Virus record (IMG/VR): IMGVR_UViG_3300020577_008405
Coordinates: 3,069 to 67,068 of that record
DNA: 64,000 nucleotides
Direction: 5' to 3' (one strand)
Source: a virus
Lineage: Duplodnaviria > Caudoviricetes
Shown: positions 44,086 through 53,324 of the stretch, in pieces
Layout of the letters: each line of letters begins with the position of its first letter
Position numbering within the stretch: the stretch's first letter is position 1
Notes under the pieces: generated by a model
Seen by the model: the letters and a program-made list of their open reading frames with translations, nothing else
What the model was told of the DNA's origin: nothing
The model's database searches: none
Program-made: the position numbers and the translations under genes

Positions 44086-46272
44086 TTATGCGTCGGTTGT
44101 GCGAATCGCTGTTGCGCCGCCGCCTGCTGAACCAAGGGTCGCAGTCGTCTCGAAGGTCTTGATCGGCGTACCGCCACCGTCACGAACTCGAACGAAGAGC
44201 GAGCGATCGGCCAAGTAAACAACCGTGAAGGCTTCTGAAGCTGCACCAGCAAGCTTATCAATATAACTGATAAACGTATTATTGCCAGTAGTTGCCTGAT
44301 TAACACCAGAGAAGTCTGTTGCGCCAATAGTGAATGTTGATCCAGTAAAGCTTGTGTAAGCTACTCGACGATAAACACCCGTGTCTAATAGAATACGAAT
44401 TGTTCCAGTAGCGGGCGTATCAGTTGGAATCGCGGTATTTACCACAACTGAAGTTACTGCAGCACCTGAAAGTGTGCCGTTAAGCGTGAACTGATTGAGT
44501 TGTAGTGTACCACCAGATTCTGGACCGACAAGAACGCGGTCTTCAGTAGAGACCAAGCCACCGAGTGTAAATGTAACGTTGTTAGGAGGAACTCGTTGAG
44601 TATTAGTGAGGTCAAAGAGTTTATCACTTGCTGATAGGTCAGCTGTTTCAACACCAATACCATAAGCACCGATGAGAGCAGAACCAGTCGAAGCACCAAG
44701 GAATGGATATGAGAGGCTTCGCTCTGTAGCAGTGCCAGAAGTTGTACCGGTCGCTGCAGAAGTAACACCAGTAATAGTAACACCAGTACCAGGTGCTGTG
44801 CCTGTAAGAAGTTGAATCCACATCTTTGTAGATGCAGCAACTGAGTCAACGGCTAGAAGGATGCCTGTTCCGCCGGCCCAAGAAAGACGTTCAACTGCAC
44901 TGAACGAACCTGCTCGAGGGGTTGTCATTGTAAGTTCGTGCGTGATACCACGGAAGAGTTCACCAGGAACAGTATAGAGTTTGTGGCTAGCATGTACTGA
45001 GAATGTCAAATCGTCAGTTGCAGTTGCTGCCCACGTACCGGTGTTCTGTGAACGGTTACCTGCGTGAGTACCTGATGTCGCAAGACCACGAACATGTAGA
45101 TAGTTTGAAGCATCACCAGTATATTCGACAGAGATAGTATAGTTCGTCGAAGCTACCATTTCATACGGGGTTGAGAAAGTGAATTCAACTGTTTGATACG
45201 CACCAGTAATAGATGCAATTGAAACGTTAGCAGAAGTAGCGAGCGCAGCACCTGTTGGGACTGATGAAGTACCAAATGTACCAGAGTGAGCGTAAAGTTT
45301 AGCAACTACGTTACCTGCCACAGAAGGCGCTCCAGCACCAATCTTTAAATCAAAGAATGCGCGAGTAAGATATTGTGCATTTGTTCCGTTAGCAAATGAC
45401 TGTGCTTGACCAGTGATCGTACCGTTACCAAGGTTAAAGTTGGTTCCAACATCGGCGCATGAAGATTCTACTGTTGCGCGACGTGATAAGTACTTAGCAC
45501 GTTCAAAGAGTTGGTTGATTGTAAATGTAGCTCTATTCCATTCAGAGTAATATCGTTCAACCACCGTATTGTTATCAACATCTAGAGAACGATATCCTTC
45601 AGTATTGCTAATAGTTGTCCAAGTCTTGATAGTGGCCGCAGCAGTAGCATTGTTAAGGTCATCTGAGTATTGTAAAGCGAAAACGTTGTTACCGCGCGAA
45701 GTACCGTTGATCTTGAATTCAGAGAACGTTTTACCCATTTCGCGGGTTTGGCCAATAAGTCGACGACCATCAATATCTGCTGCACCAGAACGTACTTTTA
45801 CCATAAAACGATGGCTAATACCTTGTGTTGCATCTGCATTGTATGCAGTAGTCCAGAAGTTAGGAGAGATGGCTGCACCGTTCTGAATAACTTGAAGATA
45901 AGTACCAGCGGGAGCGAAACATACGATACCGTCATAGATAGTATCGCCGTTCGACTGTACGATCGAACCATCGTACAAGAATCGAGCTGTATAGTCATCA
46001 ATGTTATAGCCGTTTACGAGCGTCACAAGGTTGTCCGTTGCGCGCTGTGAAGCGTCAACATCTGTAATATCTAGAATGTCGTTGCCGGCAGCTTGGGCAT
46101 CATCCATCAAGTCGCCAAGCCAACGGTGAAATGCAATGACTGTGTAAGTCGCTCCTGATCCTACATATCGAATTGCGCCTGATGCGCTAACGCTGAAATC
46201 GTCGGCAATAGCCATATATATCACTCCTAAAAGTTGTAACTTGATAATTATAACGGTTACCAAGTTAGACAT
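44086..46272 (-). CDS. Large putative tail/virion protein
   Basis: T/G/A-rich; probable start MAIADDF after AGGAG. Confidence 0.75.
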   Translation of the reverse strand: MSNLVTVIIIKLQLLGVIYMAIADDFSVSASGAIRYVGSGATYTVIAFHRWLGDLMDDAQAAGNDILDITDVDASQRATDNLVTLVNGYNIDDYTARFLYDGSIVQSNGDTIYDGIVCFAPAGTYLQVIQNGAAISPNFWTTAYNADATQGISHRFMVKVRSGAADIDGRRLIGQTREMGKTFSEFKINGTSRGNNVFALQYSDDLNNATAAATIKTWTTISNTEGYRSLDVDNNTVVERYYSEWNRATFTINQLFERAKYLSRRATVESSCADVGTNFNLGNGTITGQAQSFANGTNAQYLTRAFFDLKIGAGAPSVAGNVVAKLYAHSGTFGTSSVPTGAALATSANVSIASITGAYQTVEFTFSTPYEMVASTNYTISVEYTGDASNYLHVRGLATSGTHAGNRSQNTGTWAATATDDLTFSVHASHKLYTVPGELFRGITHELTMTTPRAGSFSAVERLSWAGGTGILLAVDSVAASTKMWIQLLTGTAPGTGVTITGVTSAATGTTSGTATERSLSYPFLGASTGSALIGAYGIGVETADLSASDKLFDLTNTQRVPPNNVTFTLGGLVSTEDRVLVGPESGGTLQLNQFTLNGTLSGAAVTSVVVNTAIPTDTPATGTIRILLDTGVYRRVAYTSFTGSTFTIGATDFSGVNQATTGNNTFISYIDKLAGAASEAFTVVYLADRSLFVRVRDGGGTPIKTFETTATLGSAGGGATAIRTTDA

Positions 46273-46987
46273 CTACGATTGTAACAGCGAGATTAGTCAA
46301 GTTGCCATTACCGTCATATGTAAAATCTTCAACACGCTTCTTTGTCCCAATAGTTGTTTCAATTTTTGTAACGTTACCAAGCGTATATGTATACACTACT
46401 GATCTAGCCACAAATCCAGTTTGTAGTACATCTACTTTTAGGGCCTTAGTTCCGGCCACAGTAGAGATTCCAACTGTATCAGTACCATCTGAGACTTTAA
46501 CAGGCCAAGCATTAGCATTGGTATTTGCTGCTCCCTGACCCACTGTATCAACTGTAATAGGCGGAACAGTAAGTGTTGCACTAGTAGGAAGTGGATTTGC
46601 GGCATTAATCTTGTTGCCTTTCTCATCGACAAGAATGGTTCGCTTGGCTACTAATGGCTCTTCTTCATAAACTGCGCGCTCAAAGTCATCACTTGTTACA
46701 AGTGGTCGTCTTTGTTCATTAGCAAAAATTTGGGCAGTTGCTGCTGTAGTGTAAGCAGAAAGATCAGTAAAAGCGTTTGGACTACCTTGGATAGGTCCTA
46801 CAATCAACTCAGTAGCACTTGAAACTCTTTTAACTTCGAGTTCAAGATTCACTTGACCTGTTGCAGTAATAACTACAAGTTGTTGGACTCTAAATGGAGT
46901 TGTATCAGCGATCGTGACAGAGCCATTAGCTCCACCGTTCGCTGTAAAAGCTTGTGCTTGTATTGCAGCTAATCGTTTCTCAAACAA
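46265..46987 (-). CDS. Putative virion protein
   Basis: TTG start after GAAGG; YD-like C-terminus. Confidence 0.65.
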   Translation of the reverse strand: MFEKRLAAIQAQAFTANGGANGSVTIADTTPFRVQQLVVITATGQVNLELEVKRVSSATELIVGPIQGSPNAFTDLSAYTTAATAQIFANEQRRPLVTSDDFERAVYEEEPLVAKRTILVDEKGNKINAANPLPTSATLTVPPITVDTVGQGAANTNANAWPVKVSDGTDTVGISTVAGTKALKVDVLQTGFVARSVVYTYTLGNVTKIETTIGTKKRVEDFTYDGNGNLTNLAVTIVDV

Positions 46988-47002
46988 AACAAACCTTCCT
47001 TC

Positions 47003-47506
47003 TTAGTATCCGTCGTTACCTCTGCCGCTATCATTAATCTTAATTCTATCCCAGTATTCTCTTTCTTCTTGCTCATTCTTGAATCGTTGACTGATAGGTT
47101 TAGTAGCTTCTATGAGCCAATTATTAATTCCTTGACCCCACTCTGATTCAGCTTTATTCATATCTTCTTGAGAAGAAAAACCATTTTGCTGTGCCCACAT
47201 ATTTCTTGCGGCAGCTGCCATTTCTTGATTAGAAGGTTGACCTGGAGTAGGACGTACACCGAGAGCGCCACCTTTTTGCAATTGATTAGCTAAACGTTGA
47301 GCATGTTGCTGTTCTAATACTTCTTTAGCTTTTGCTAAAACCTGTTCACGATTCAACTTTGAAACAGGCTTATTGAACATTCGAGCAACATCGGCTGCTG
47401 CACGCTGAGCGGGCGATAAGGTTTCTTCGTCAGCGAGGGCTTTCTTTAATACCTTAAAGCGATAAATCAAGTCACCTAATTCTTTATTAATCTCGTCCTT
47501 CGTCAT
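47003..47506 (-). CDS. Hypothetical (putative head-associated) protein
   Basis: Structural cluster. Confidence 0.7.
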   Translation of the reverse strand: MTKDEINKELGDLIYRFKVLKKALADEETLSPAQRAAADVARMFNKPVSKLNREQVLAKAKEVLEQQHAQRLANQLQKGGALGVRPTPGQPSNQEMAAAARNMWAQQNGFSSQEDMNKAESEWGQGINNWLIEATKPISQRFKNEQEEREYWDRIKINDSGRGNDGY

Positions 47507-48851
47507 TGTCTTCCTCGCTCTTTTTAAGTGGCTTCTTAGGTGGATTCTTAGCTTCTTTTAGCTTTTGTTCATGCTTAATGCCAGAAATCTCACCTTTGTG
47601 TTTTGCTTGTTCTTTCAGTTGCGCTTCCATCATCTTAAGTTTTAATTCATGTTCACGCTTTTTGAATTCAAGTTCAAGCTTTAATTCTTCTTGATGTAGC
47701 CTTAATTCCAACTTCTTCTTTTCTACCTCAAGCATTTTTAACTCGCGATTAGCTTCAGCATCACCTTCAGAACCATCTGATTGCTCAGATTCTTTCTTAG
47801 CTCGCTCGTACTCGAGATCTAACATACGCTGCTTATGAGCTGTCTCGAGAGCAGCAGGATTATTGCGCTGAGCTTGTTCGTGCTCAACATCAGCCATTCT
47901 CTGCTTGTGAGCAGCATCCTGATCAAGCAATGCATGTTTCTTTTGTGCCTGTTCAAACTCGAGATCTTGCATGCGCTTTTTGTGTTCACGTTCGGCAGCT
48001 AGACTTTGTTCGTTATGTGAATGTTCTAGTTCAGCTGACTTCTGAGCATTCGTAACATCGATATTGGACATTGCACGAGTTGCTTCGGCCTTCGCAGCCT
48101 TACTCTCGTCGATCTCAGGAGCATGATGTCCATGAACGATATATGCAATTTCTTGCTCTGAATATCCTTCTTCAGCAAGTGCTTCCATAAGTTCCTGAGG
48201 ATCAACGGGTAAGTCTCCGTTGCCTTCTTCAGGATTTTCTTGATCGGGCTGTTCTTCTTGTCCTTCTTCAGAACCTGCTGACACTGCTTCGGGTGGACTC
48301 TCGCCACCTTCCATTTGCTCAGCTTCACCAGGAACTTCCTGTCCTTCAACTGGTGGAGCTTGCGTTGCTACATTACCTTCTTCAGGTGCAGGTTCGTCAT
48401 CACCCATTGCTTCCTCTAGACTCATGAATGCCTTATTGTGGTCTAATGCTTTCTTGAGAGCATTCCAGCGAGCCTTAGGATCCTTCTTTAGTGGCTCTGA
48501 TCCTTGTACGACTTCTCGCTTACCATCAGAAGTTATATCTAACATTTCTTCCTTAATAACTGCAGTAGGATTGTTTCCTAAACGCGCAATTTCTTCTGGC
48601 GAAAGTGTTTTCACTTTACCACTTAACGCTTTTCGGCGTTTTAACGTATTCTCAGCAGCAGCTTGCTGTTTCGCTGAAAGTTGACCAGCTTTTGTACTAT
48701 ACGCCTTAACATTCTTATTAGTACCCACTTCAACCACATCACCAGTGTTCCGAGCTTTTCGCTCTTGATTAGCATGAGCTTGATATTGTGCACCGGCTGC
48801 AGTACCTGGAGGACCATAGGCGCTCTTCTTCATATTCGCGTCATCTGACAT
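47487..48851 (-). CDS. Acidic/coiled-coil putative internal head protein
   Basis: HKxRMxDxExExA repeats; LKKA/LKKS motifs. Confidence 0.7.
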   Translation of the reverse strand: MSDDANMKKSAYGPPGTAAGAQYQAHANQERKARNTGDVVEVGTNKNVKAYSTKAGQLSAKQQAAAENTLKRRKALSGKVKTLSPEEIARLGNNPTAVIKEEMLDITSDGKREVVQGSEPLKKDPKARWNALKKALDHNKAFMSLEEAMGDDEPAPEEGNVATQAPPVEGQEVPGEAEQMEGGESPPEAVSAGSEEGQEEQPDQENPEEGNGDLPVDPQELMEALAEEGYSEQEIAYIVHGHHAPEIDESKAAKAEATRAMSNIDVTNAQKSAELEHSHNEQSLAAEREHKKRMQDLEFEQAQKKHALLDQDAAHKQRMADVEHEQAQRNNPAALETAHKQRMLDLEYERAKKESEQSDGSEGDAEANRELKMLEVEKKKLELRLHQEELKLELEFKKREHELKLKMMEAQLKEQAKHKGEISGIKHEQKLKEAKNPPKKPLKKSEEDNDEGRD

Positions 48852-48863
48852 TTTATTATCTCC

Positions 48864-49688
48864 TTACAGGTACGACAGCAAAAATCTCTTCTGATAATGA
48901 CCACGTGCAGCTTCTTTTTGACATTGAACAATTTTTTCAAGTTCTGACAAACGTTGCTGTAAAAATGCTGGTCCAGCTGTTCCAACACTTTGTGATGTTC
49001 CATCAATACTAATACCAACTGAAGAATAAGGAAACAAAACAGGACCTAAAGTTGACAGAAATCTATATGCTGCTAAGTTTTCAATCAGTCCAGCTAATAA
49101 TGCGGGAACTTGACCTTCTGGGAAACCAGCTGTATATTCAACAAGAATAGCACCTGGCCAACTAGAAATTTGTTGGCTATTAAAGGCATGATACCCCAAA
49201 CCACTATACACGCTAGCGACAAATCCAGAAATACTTACGCCAGTAGCAGGAACAAGCTGTACCGTTCCGTCTTGTGGTTGAACATGAATAAACTCTAAAG
49301 GCATATCAACTAATGGATTTGTTGCTTGTCCATTATTAAAAGTAAGTTGGAACTTATTTACATTTAAGATTGGTGCATGATGAAGTTGTAAATAGCCAAA
49401 ACTCCAAAATTGCATTTCACGATTATAATCGTGACGTTCAGCAAATTGAGTTGGAGTGATATAAAGATCAAGTTCATGCTCAATTTCAGAAATACTTTCA
49501 GCAATATATGTTTCCAAGGTAGCATCTTCTACTGTTTCACCAGTCAACCTAGATGTCAAAGGAATACCGAACAAACTCTGCTTCTTCATTTTTGCTGCAG
49601 TAGGAATAGGCAAGTACCGATTAGCACCATTTTGATCAATAGCCCATGATGGAAAAGGTTGAACCTGATTTGTTTTAGAAATTGTCAT
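48864..49688 (-). CDS. Putative head-tail connector/neck protein
   Basis: SEIEHEL, VEYTAGF, GISIDGTSQS pattern; AGGAG RBS. Confidence 0.55.
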   Translation of the reverse strand: MTISKTNQVQPFPSWAIDQNGANRYLPIPTAAKMKKQSLFGIPLTSRLTGETVEDATLETYIAESISEIEHELDLYITPTQFAERHDYNREMQFWSFGYLQLHHAPILNVNKFQLTFNNGQATNPLVDMPLEFIHVQPQDGTVQLVPATGVSISGFVASVYSGLGYHAFNSQQISSWPGAILVEYTAGFPEGQVPALLAGLIENLAAYRFLSTLGPVLFPYSSVGISIDGTSQSVGTAGPAFLQQRLSELEKIVQCQKEAARGHYQKRFLLSYL

Positions 49689-51478
49689 TATTCGTCTCCT
49701 TCGCCACCAGATGAATACTTAATGTTTGTTAGTTTTGGACCAGTTTGCTTAGGTGCTGCGACTGGCGTAGGTACTGCTGGTTGAGCTGCTTGACGTCGAA
49801 CAATTGGAGCACGAACCGCCGTAACACGCTTAAATCTATCCTGAATATCAGGGTGATGTTGTTGCACAATTTCTGCCACTGACTTTTTAGGAATATTAGC
49901 AGCAGGATTAATAATCGTGGTGACGCCTTCTTTATTCGTATGCTTAATTGGTGCAGCATTTTCAGCACGACGTTGCGCTTCAAACTGCTTAGCACCAGCC
50001 CGCATCGTAGTTGGAATTTCGTCTTGTCCCTTTAAAGCTGTTTGCATCAAACCACGCATTTTATTCGCAAGATGTGTTGTGAACTTTGCCTTACTAGCGT
50101 GATTATGGTCATAGTCATTGATAGCTTGGAATAAAGCATGCATACCGGCTTCATGCAATACACCAGCATCAATTTCTCCTCGTTTGGCTTTTTCACTAAG
50201 ACCAAGTTTACCGAGTACGTGACGCGCTGCCTTACCAATTTGTGGGTGGTATCTTGCTACGAATTGATCAACTGCGCGCTTCTTAGCAGGATCCTGGAGC
50301 GTTGGGTGATCTCCTAGCACAGTATTAACATCTGCACGAGTCTCTTGCTCAGGAGCATCCCAATCGGCTGCTTCAGAAAACTTCTTACCTTTCTTATTAT
50401 AATTCTTCATATACTCTTGAACGAATTCTTGATGTCCAGAAGCAAACTGTGCGCTTTTGTCTTGCTGAATACCGCTTGGTGCGCTATCTTCATCTTCACG
50501 ACCGCCACCGACATGTTGAATACCTTCTTCAACAGACATGGCTCCGGGTTGAGCACCACCACTTGCAATGTGACGAAGCTTTTCATCTTTCATTTGGTTA
50601 AAACGCGAAAGAGCTTGACTACCTTTCTTGTGAGCTTCATGATGTGAGCTTAATGCATTCATCAAGTGCTGAGGGTTTTGCTTATTCCAATCATCGTGGA
50701 ATTTACTCTCCATTTCCATTTGAGTAATTGGATCAGCATTCTGAAAATCAGGTGATTGAGAAAAAGCATTGTATGCTTTTTGACGATCTGCATGTGACAA
50801 GTTTCGCGCTTCAATTAAACGTCCTTGATGATGTTGGACAGGATTAACATGCGCTTCAGCTTCTAATCTAGCTTTATCTCTTGCACGTGAAGCCCATGGA
50901 CGTGTATATTCACGCATTTGAGTAAGTTCTTCAGGAGTTGGTTGCAAGTCACCAGAAACTGATTCTTCTGACTCTTGGGGCGGTGGAGTTGGAGCAGGTG
51001 GAGTTATCCCTTGGCGACGAACTATTGGTCGCCGAGCCGATTGTTTTTCGTCAGATTCGCGTCCTATTGTAGGTTTATCCACAATAGAAGGACTAACGCC
51101 TTCACCACGTTTTGGTGACCATTTATCAGGAGCAATAACAGAATCAGCTCCGTCATATCCTTCTTCTTCACCTAATAATTGAGCTTCTGGCTCTTCTTCA
51201 AGAGGTTCAGTTTCACCATCTGAATCTGCTGATTCTGTTTCGCCATGTTCTGCTAACCATCGGTCTGCATCATCACCTTCATCGAAATTTAACTCAGGAT
51301 CTTCGGGAACTTCTTCTTGTTCATCCTGGTCCGAATAGTCAGGATTCTCGTCTGAGAGGCGACGTCTAGCCTTCTCTAAAAATTCTTTTACAACTTCTAA
51401 TGTATTAGGTTCCCAAGTTGACATATTATTTCTTCCCGCCTTTTGTTGCAGCGTATTCTCTAAGACCTGGAATTCCAT
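49688..51478 (-). CDS. Low-complexity protein with embedded sigma70 region-2-like domain
   Basis: YHPQIGKAAR...LHEAGMHALFQAINDYD...KFTTHLANKMRGLM. Confidence 0.7.
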   Translation of the reverse strand: MEFQVLENTLQQKAGRNNMSTWEPNTLEVVKEFLEKARRRLSDENPDYSDQDEQEEVPEDPELNFDEGDDADRWLAEHGETESADSDGETEPLEEEPEAQLLGEEEGYDGADSVIAPDKWSPKRGEGVSPSIVDKPTIGRESDEKQSARRPIVRRQGITPPAPTPPPQESEESVSGDLQPTPEELTQMREYTRPWASRARDKARLEAEAHVNPVQHHQGRLIEARNLSHADRQKAYNAFSQSPDFQNADPITQMEMESKFHDDWNKQNPQHLMNALSSHHEAHKKGSQALSRFNQMKDEKLRHIASGGAQPGAMSVEEGIQHVGGGREDEDSAPSGIQQDKSAQFASGHQEFVQEYMKNYNKKGKKFSEAADWDAPEQETRADVNTVLGDHPTLQDPAKKRAVDQFVARYHPQIGKAARHVLGKLGLSEKAKRGEIDAGVLHEAGMHALFQAINDYDHNHASKAKFTTHLANKMRGLMQTALKGQDEIPTTMRAGAKQFEAQRRAENAAPIKHTNKEGVTTIINPAANIPKKSVAEIVQQHHPDIQDRFKRVTAVRAPIVRRQAAQPAVPTPVAAPKQTGPKLTNIKYSSGGEGDE

Positions 51479-52784
51479 TCATAATAGTTTCGTGATGCTG
51501 CGCTGGTACATGCGCTAAAGCTTGATAAGCAGACTCTAGAGGATGTACGGGTGCAGTAGGTGCTACTGCCGCTTTAGGTTCGGCAGGTTTTACCGCAGGT
51601 GTAACTGGAACTTGCTTTCTAATAGTTACACCTTTTGGTGGCGCACCTGGTGCAAGGTGACGAATTGATTTAGGCAAAGCGTCAACGTTAATTTCAGGTT
51701 GTGTAGCAGCCTCTGGTGCTGCAGAAGCTTGAGTTTTTGTTGGCGTAACTGGTGTAGCAGTCGTAGTTTTCGCGGCAGCGGCAGCTTTTGCGGCAGCTGC
51801 TTCTGCATACTTCTTAGTGTGTCCAGGTGATTCGGCGAGCGGAATACCATCATAAAAATTAGGTCCCTTTGTTTGGCCACGCTTCTTATAACCCTCTGGA
51901 TCGGCAGTAAATTTAGCTTTTTGACCTTCCATCCATTTTTTGTGATGTTCACTACCACGCCAGCCAGTATGCGCATTTGCAAAGTTTTGCATAGCTTCTG
52001 GCGTCATATGATCCGCTTGAATATCAGCCACCCCGCGAATAGGATGCATATCGAATTCGTGTGGGGTGTAATCTTGTTTATTAGGCACATCTTCGATATG
52101 TAGATATGCCTTCTTTGCATCAATATCAGCAGGAGAGCCAATCTGAACTTCTTCCCATGGATATGCGCCTTTGTGGGGCATTTTGCCAACTGCTTCATGT
52201 CCAGGATGTGGAGCCATTTCTAAATAGTGATAATCAGGAATAGAAGTTGATAAATCATGATCACGCTTAGCACCCTTAGAAGGACGGGCGCGTAGTAACT
52301 TAGCATCTCGCTTAAACCGTCCACTAGGAACTCTTTCTAGAGTAGTATAGTTAGTTTCCCACGGTGCTAGAGGTGGGTAATCAATACCAAGTTTACCTTG
52401 GGAGTGAGCTGATGCTCGAGCCGTCAAGTGCATTAAAGGAATAGCATGTTCAAGATGCTGATCTGCAACTTGGCGAAGATGGCTTTTTTGCTTCTCATCG
52501 GTTGCAGCATGATGCGCCTTTAAAGCCGCCTTATAATGTGATAAGTGATGGCTAAGTGCATCACGAAGTTGAGTTGTATCAGTTCGATCTAAGTTAGCAC
52601 CAAAGCTAGTTAATGGAGCATTAGCATTAATGCCAGTAAGATGAGTAGGCTTAGCCATCTTCTCAAGAGCATCAACAACTGAATTAACAAAAGAATCTTC
52701 TTCGATATTAGCTAACAGTTGAAGAAGACTAGTATTGCCATCCGCTTTTCGTAAAAGGATGGCCTTGAAAGAGTCAAGTTCCAT
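51426..52784 (-). CDS. Putative internal virion protein
   Basis: His-rich; Ala/Pro/Thr tail; structural cluster. Confidence 0.7.
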   Translation of the reverse strand: MELDSFKAILLRKADGNTSLLQLLANIEEDSFVNSVVDALEKMAKPTHLTGINANAPLTSFGANLDRTDTTQLRDALSHHLSHYKAALKAHHAATDEKQKSHLRQVADQHLEHAIPLMHLTARASAHSQGKLGIDYPPLAPWETNYTTLERVPSGRFKRDAKLLRARPSKGAKRDHDLSTSIPDYHYLEMAPHPGHEAVGKMPHKGAYPWEEVQIGSPADIDAKKAYLHIEDVPNKQDYTPHEFDMHPIRGVADIQADHMTPEAMQNFANAHTGWRGSEHHKKWMEGQKAKFTADPEGYKKRGQTKGPNFYDGIPLAESPGHTKKYAEAAAAKAAAAAKTTTATPVTPTKTQASAAPEAATQPEINVDALPKSIRHLAPGAPPKGVTIRKQVPVTPAVKPAEPKAAVAPTAPVHPLESAYQALAHVPAQHHETIMNGIPGLREYAATKGGKK

Positions 52785-52793
52785 AGGTCACCT

Positions 52794-53111
52794 TTATGGT
52801 TGTAGTTTAGGACGCTTCTGTTCACGAGCAACTTGAACGAAAGCAGCAATAGCAGCAATAACCACTGTCACAGTGGATTTTGTATCATCAGGATTGCCGT
52901 CGCCAGTGTTAAAGACAATAATCTCGCCAGCAGACATAGTCGCAGCAAGAACACCATCAATTGTTACTGTAGTAGCACCAGTAGCCCTTACGCGAAAAGT
53001 TGAAGCCTTTGTCAGCTCTAAGGTACCAGTGTTGTTAGTAATTTTCTCTTCCCACGTAAGACCACTCTCAGATTGGCGAAGAGTCTCTGAAATAAGATTT
53101 GCTGTACGCAT
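52794..53111 (-). CDS. Small putative virion protein
   Basis: AGGAG RBS; beta-rich. Confidence 0.65.
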   Translation of the reverse strand: MRTANLISETLRQSESGLTWEEKITNNTGTLELTKASTFRVRATGATTVTIDGVLAATMSAGEIIVFNTGDGNPDDTKSTVTVVIAAIAAFVQVAREQKRPKLQP

Positions 53112-53112
53112 G

Positions 53113-53143
53113 TATAGCTCCTGTTAAACACCCAGGAGCTATA
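53113..53143 (-). promoter_or_regulatory. 11-bp hairpin occluding the RBS of 52794-53111
   Basis: TATAGCTCCTG-N9-CAGGAGCTATA immediately before ATG. Confidence 0.7.
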
Positions 53144-53161
53144 GTACCACTTGTGAAGTTA

Positions 53162-53181
53162 ATCCGAAAATGCTTTCGGAT
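53162..53181. terminator. Short hairpin after microprotein gene
   Basis: ATCCGAAA-ATGC-TTTCGGAT. Confidence 0.5.
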
Positions 53182-53324
53182 CACTTTCTTTTCTTCATCT
53201 TGACATTGTGAGTCATTTTATGAAATAGCACAATGAATTCACCAAGAACAGGATTGGAAATCAGTCCTAATCGTCGGAATACAATAAAAGGCGCCATATA
53301 CATGCGTACATGCTTATATTTCAT
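53181..53324 (-). CDS. LxL-motif microprotein (47 aa)
   Basis: TAATG coupling; PFIVFRRLGLIS. Confidence 0.65.
   Translation of the reverse strand: MKYKHVRMYMAPFIVFRRLGLISNPVLGEFIVLFHKMTHNVKMKKRK

Noticed and set aside
40467-46538. Many + strand ORFs within the tail genes (and similar shadow ORFs elsewhere)
   Set aside because: Antisense or alternate-frame shadows of long genes, without RBS or motifs.
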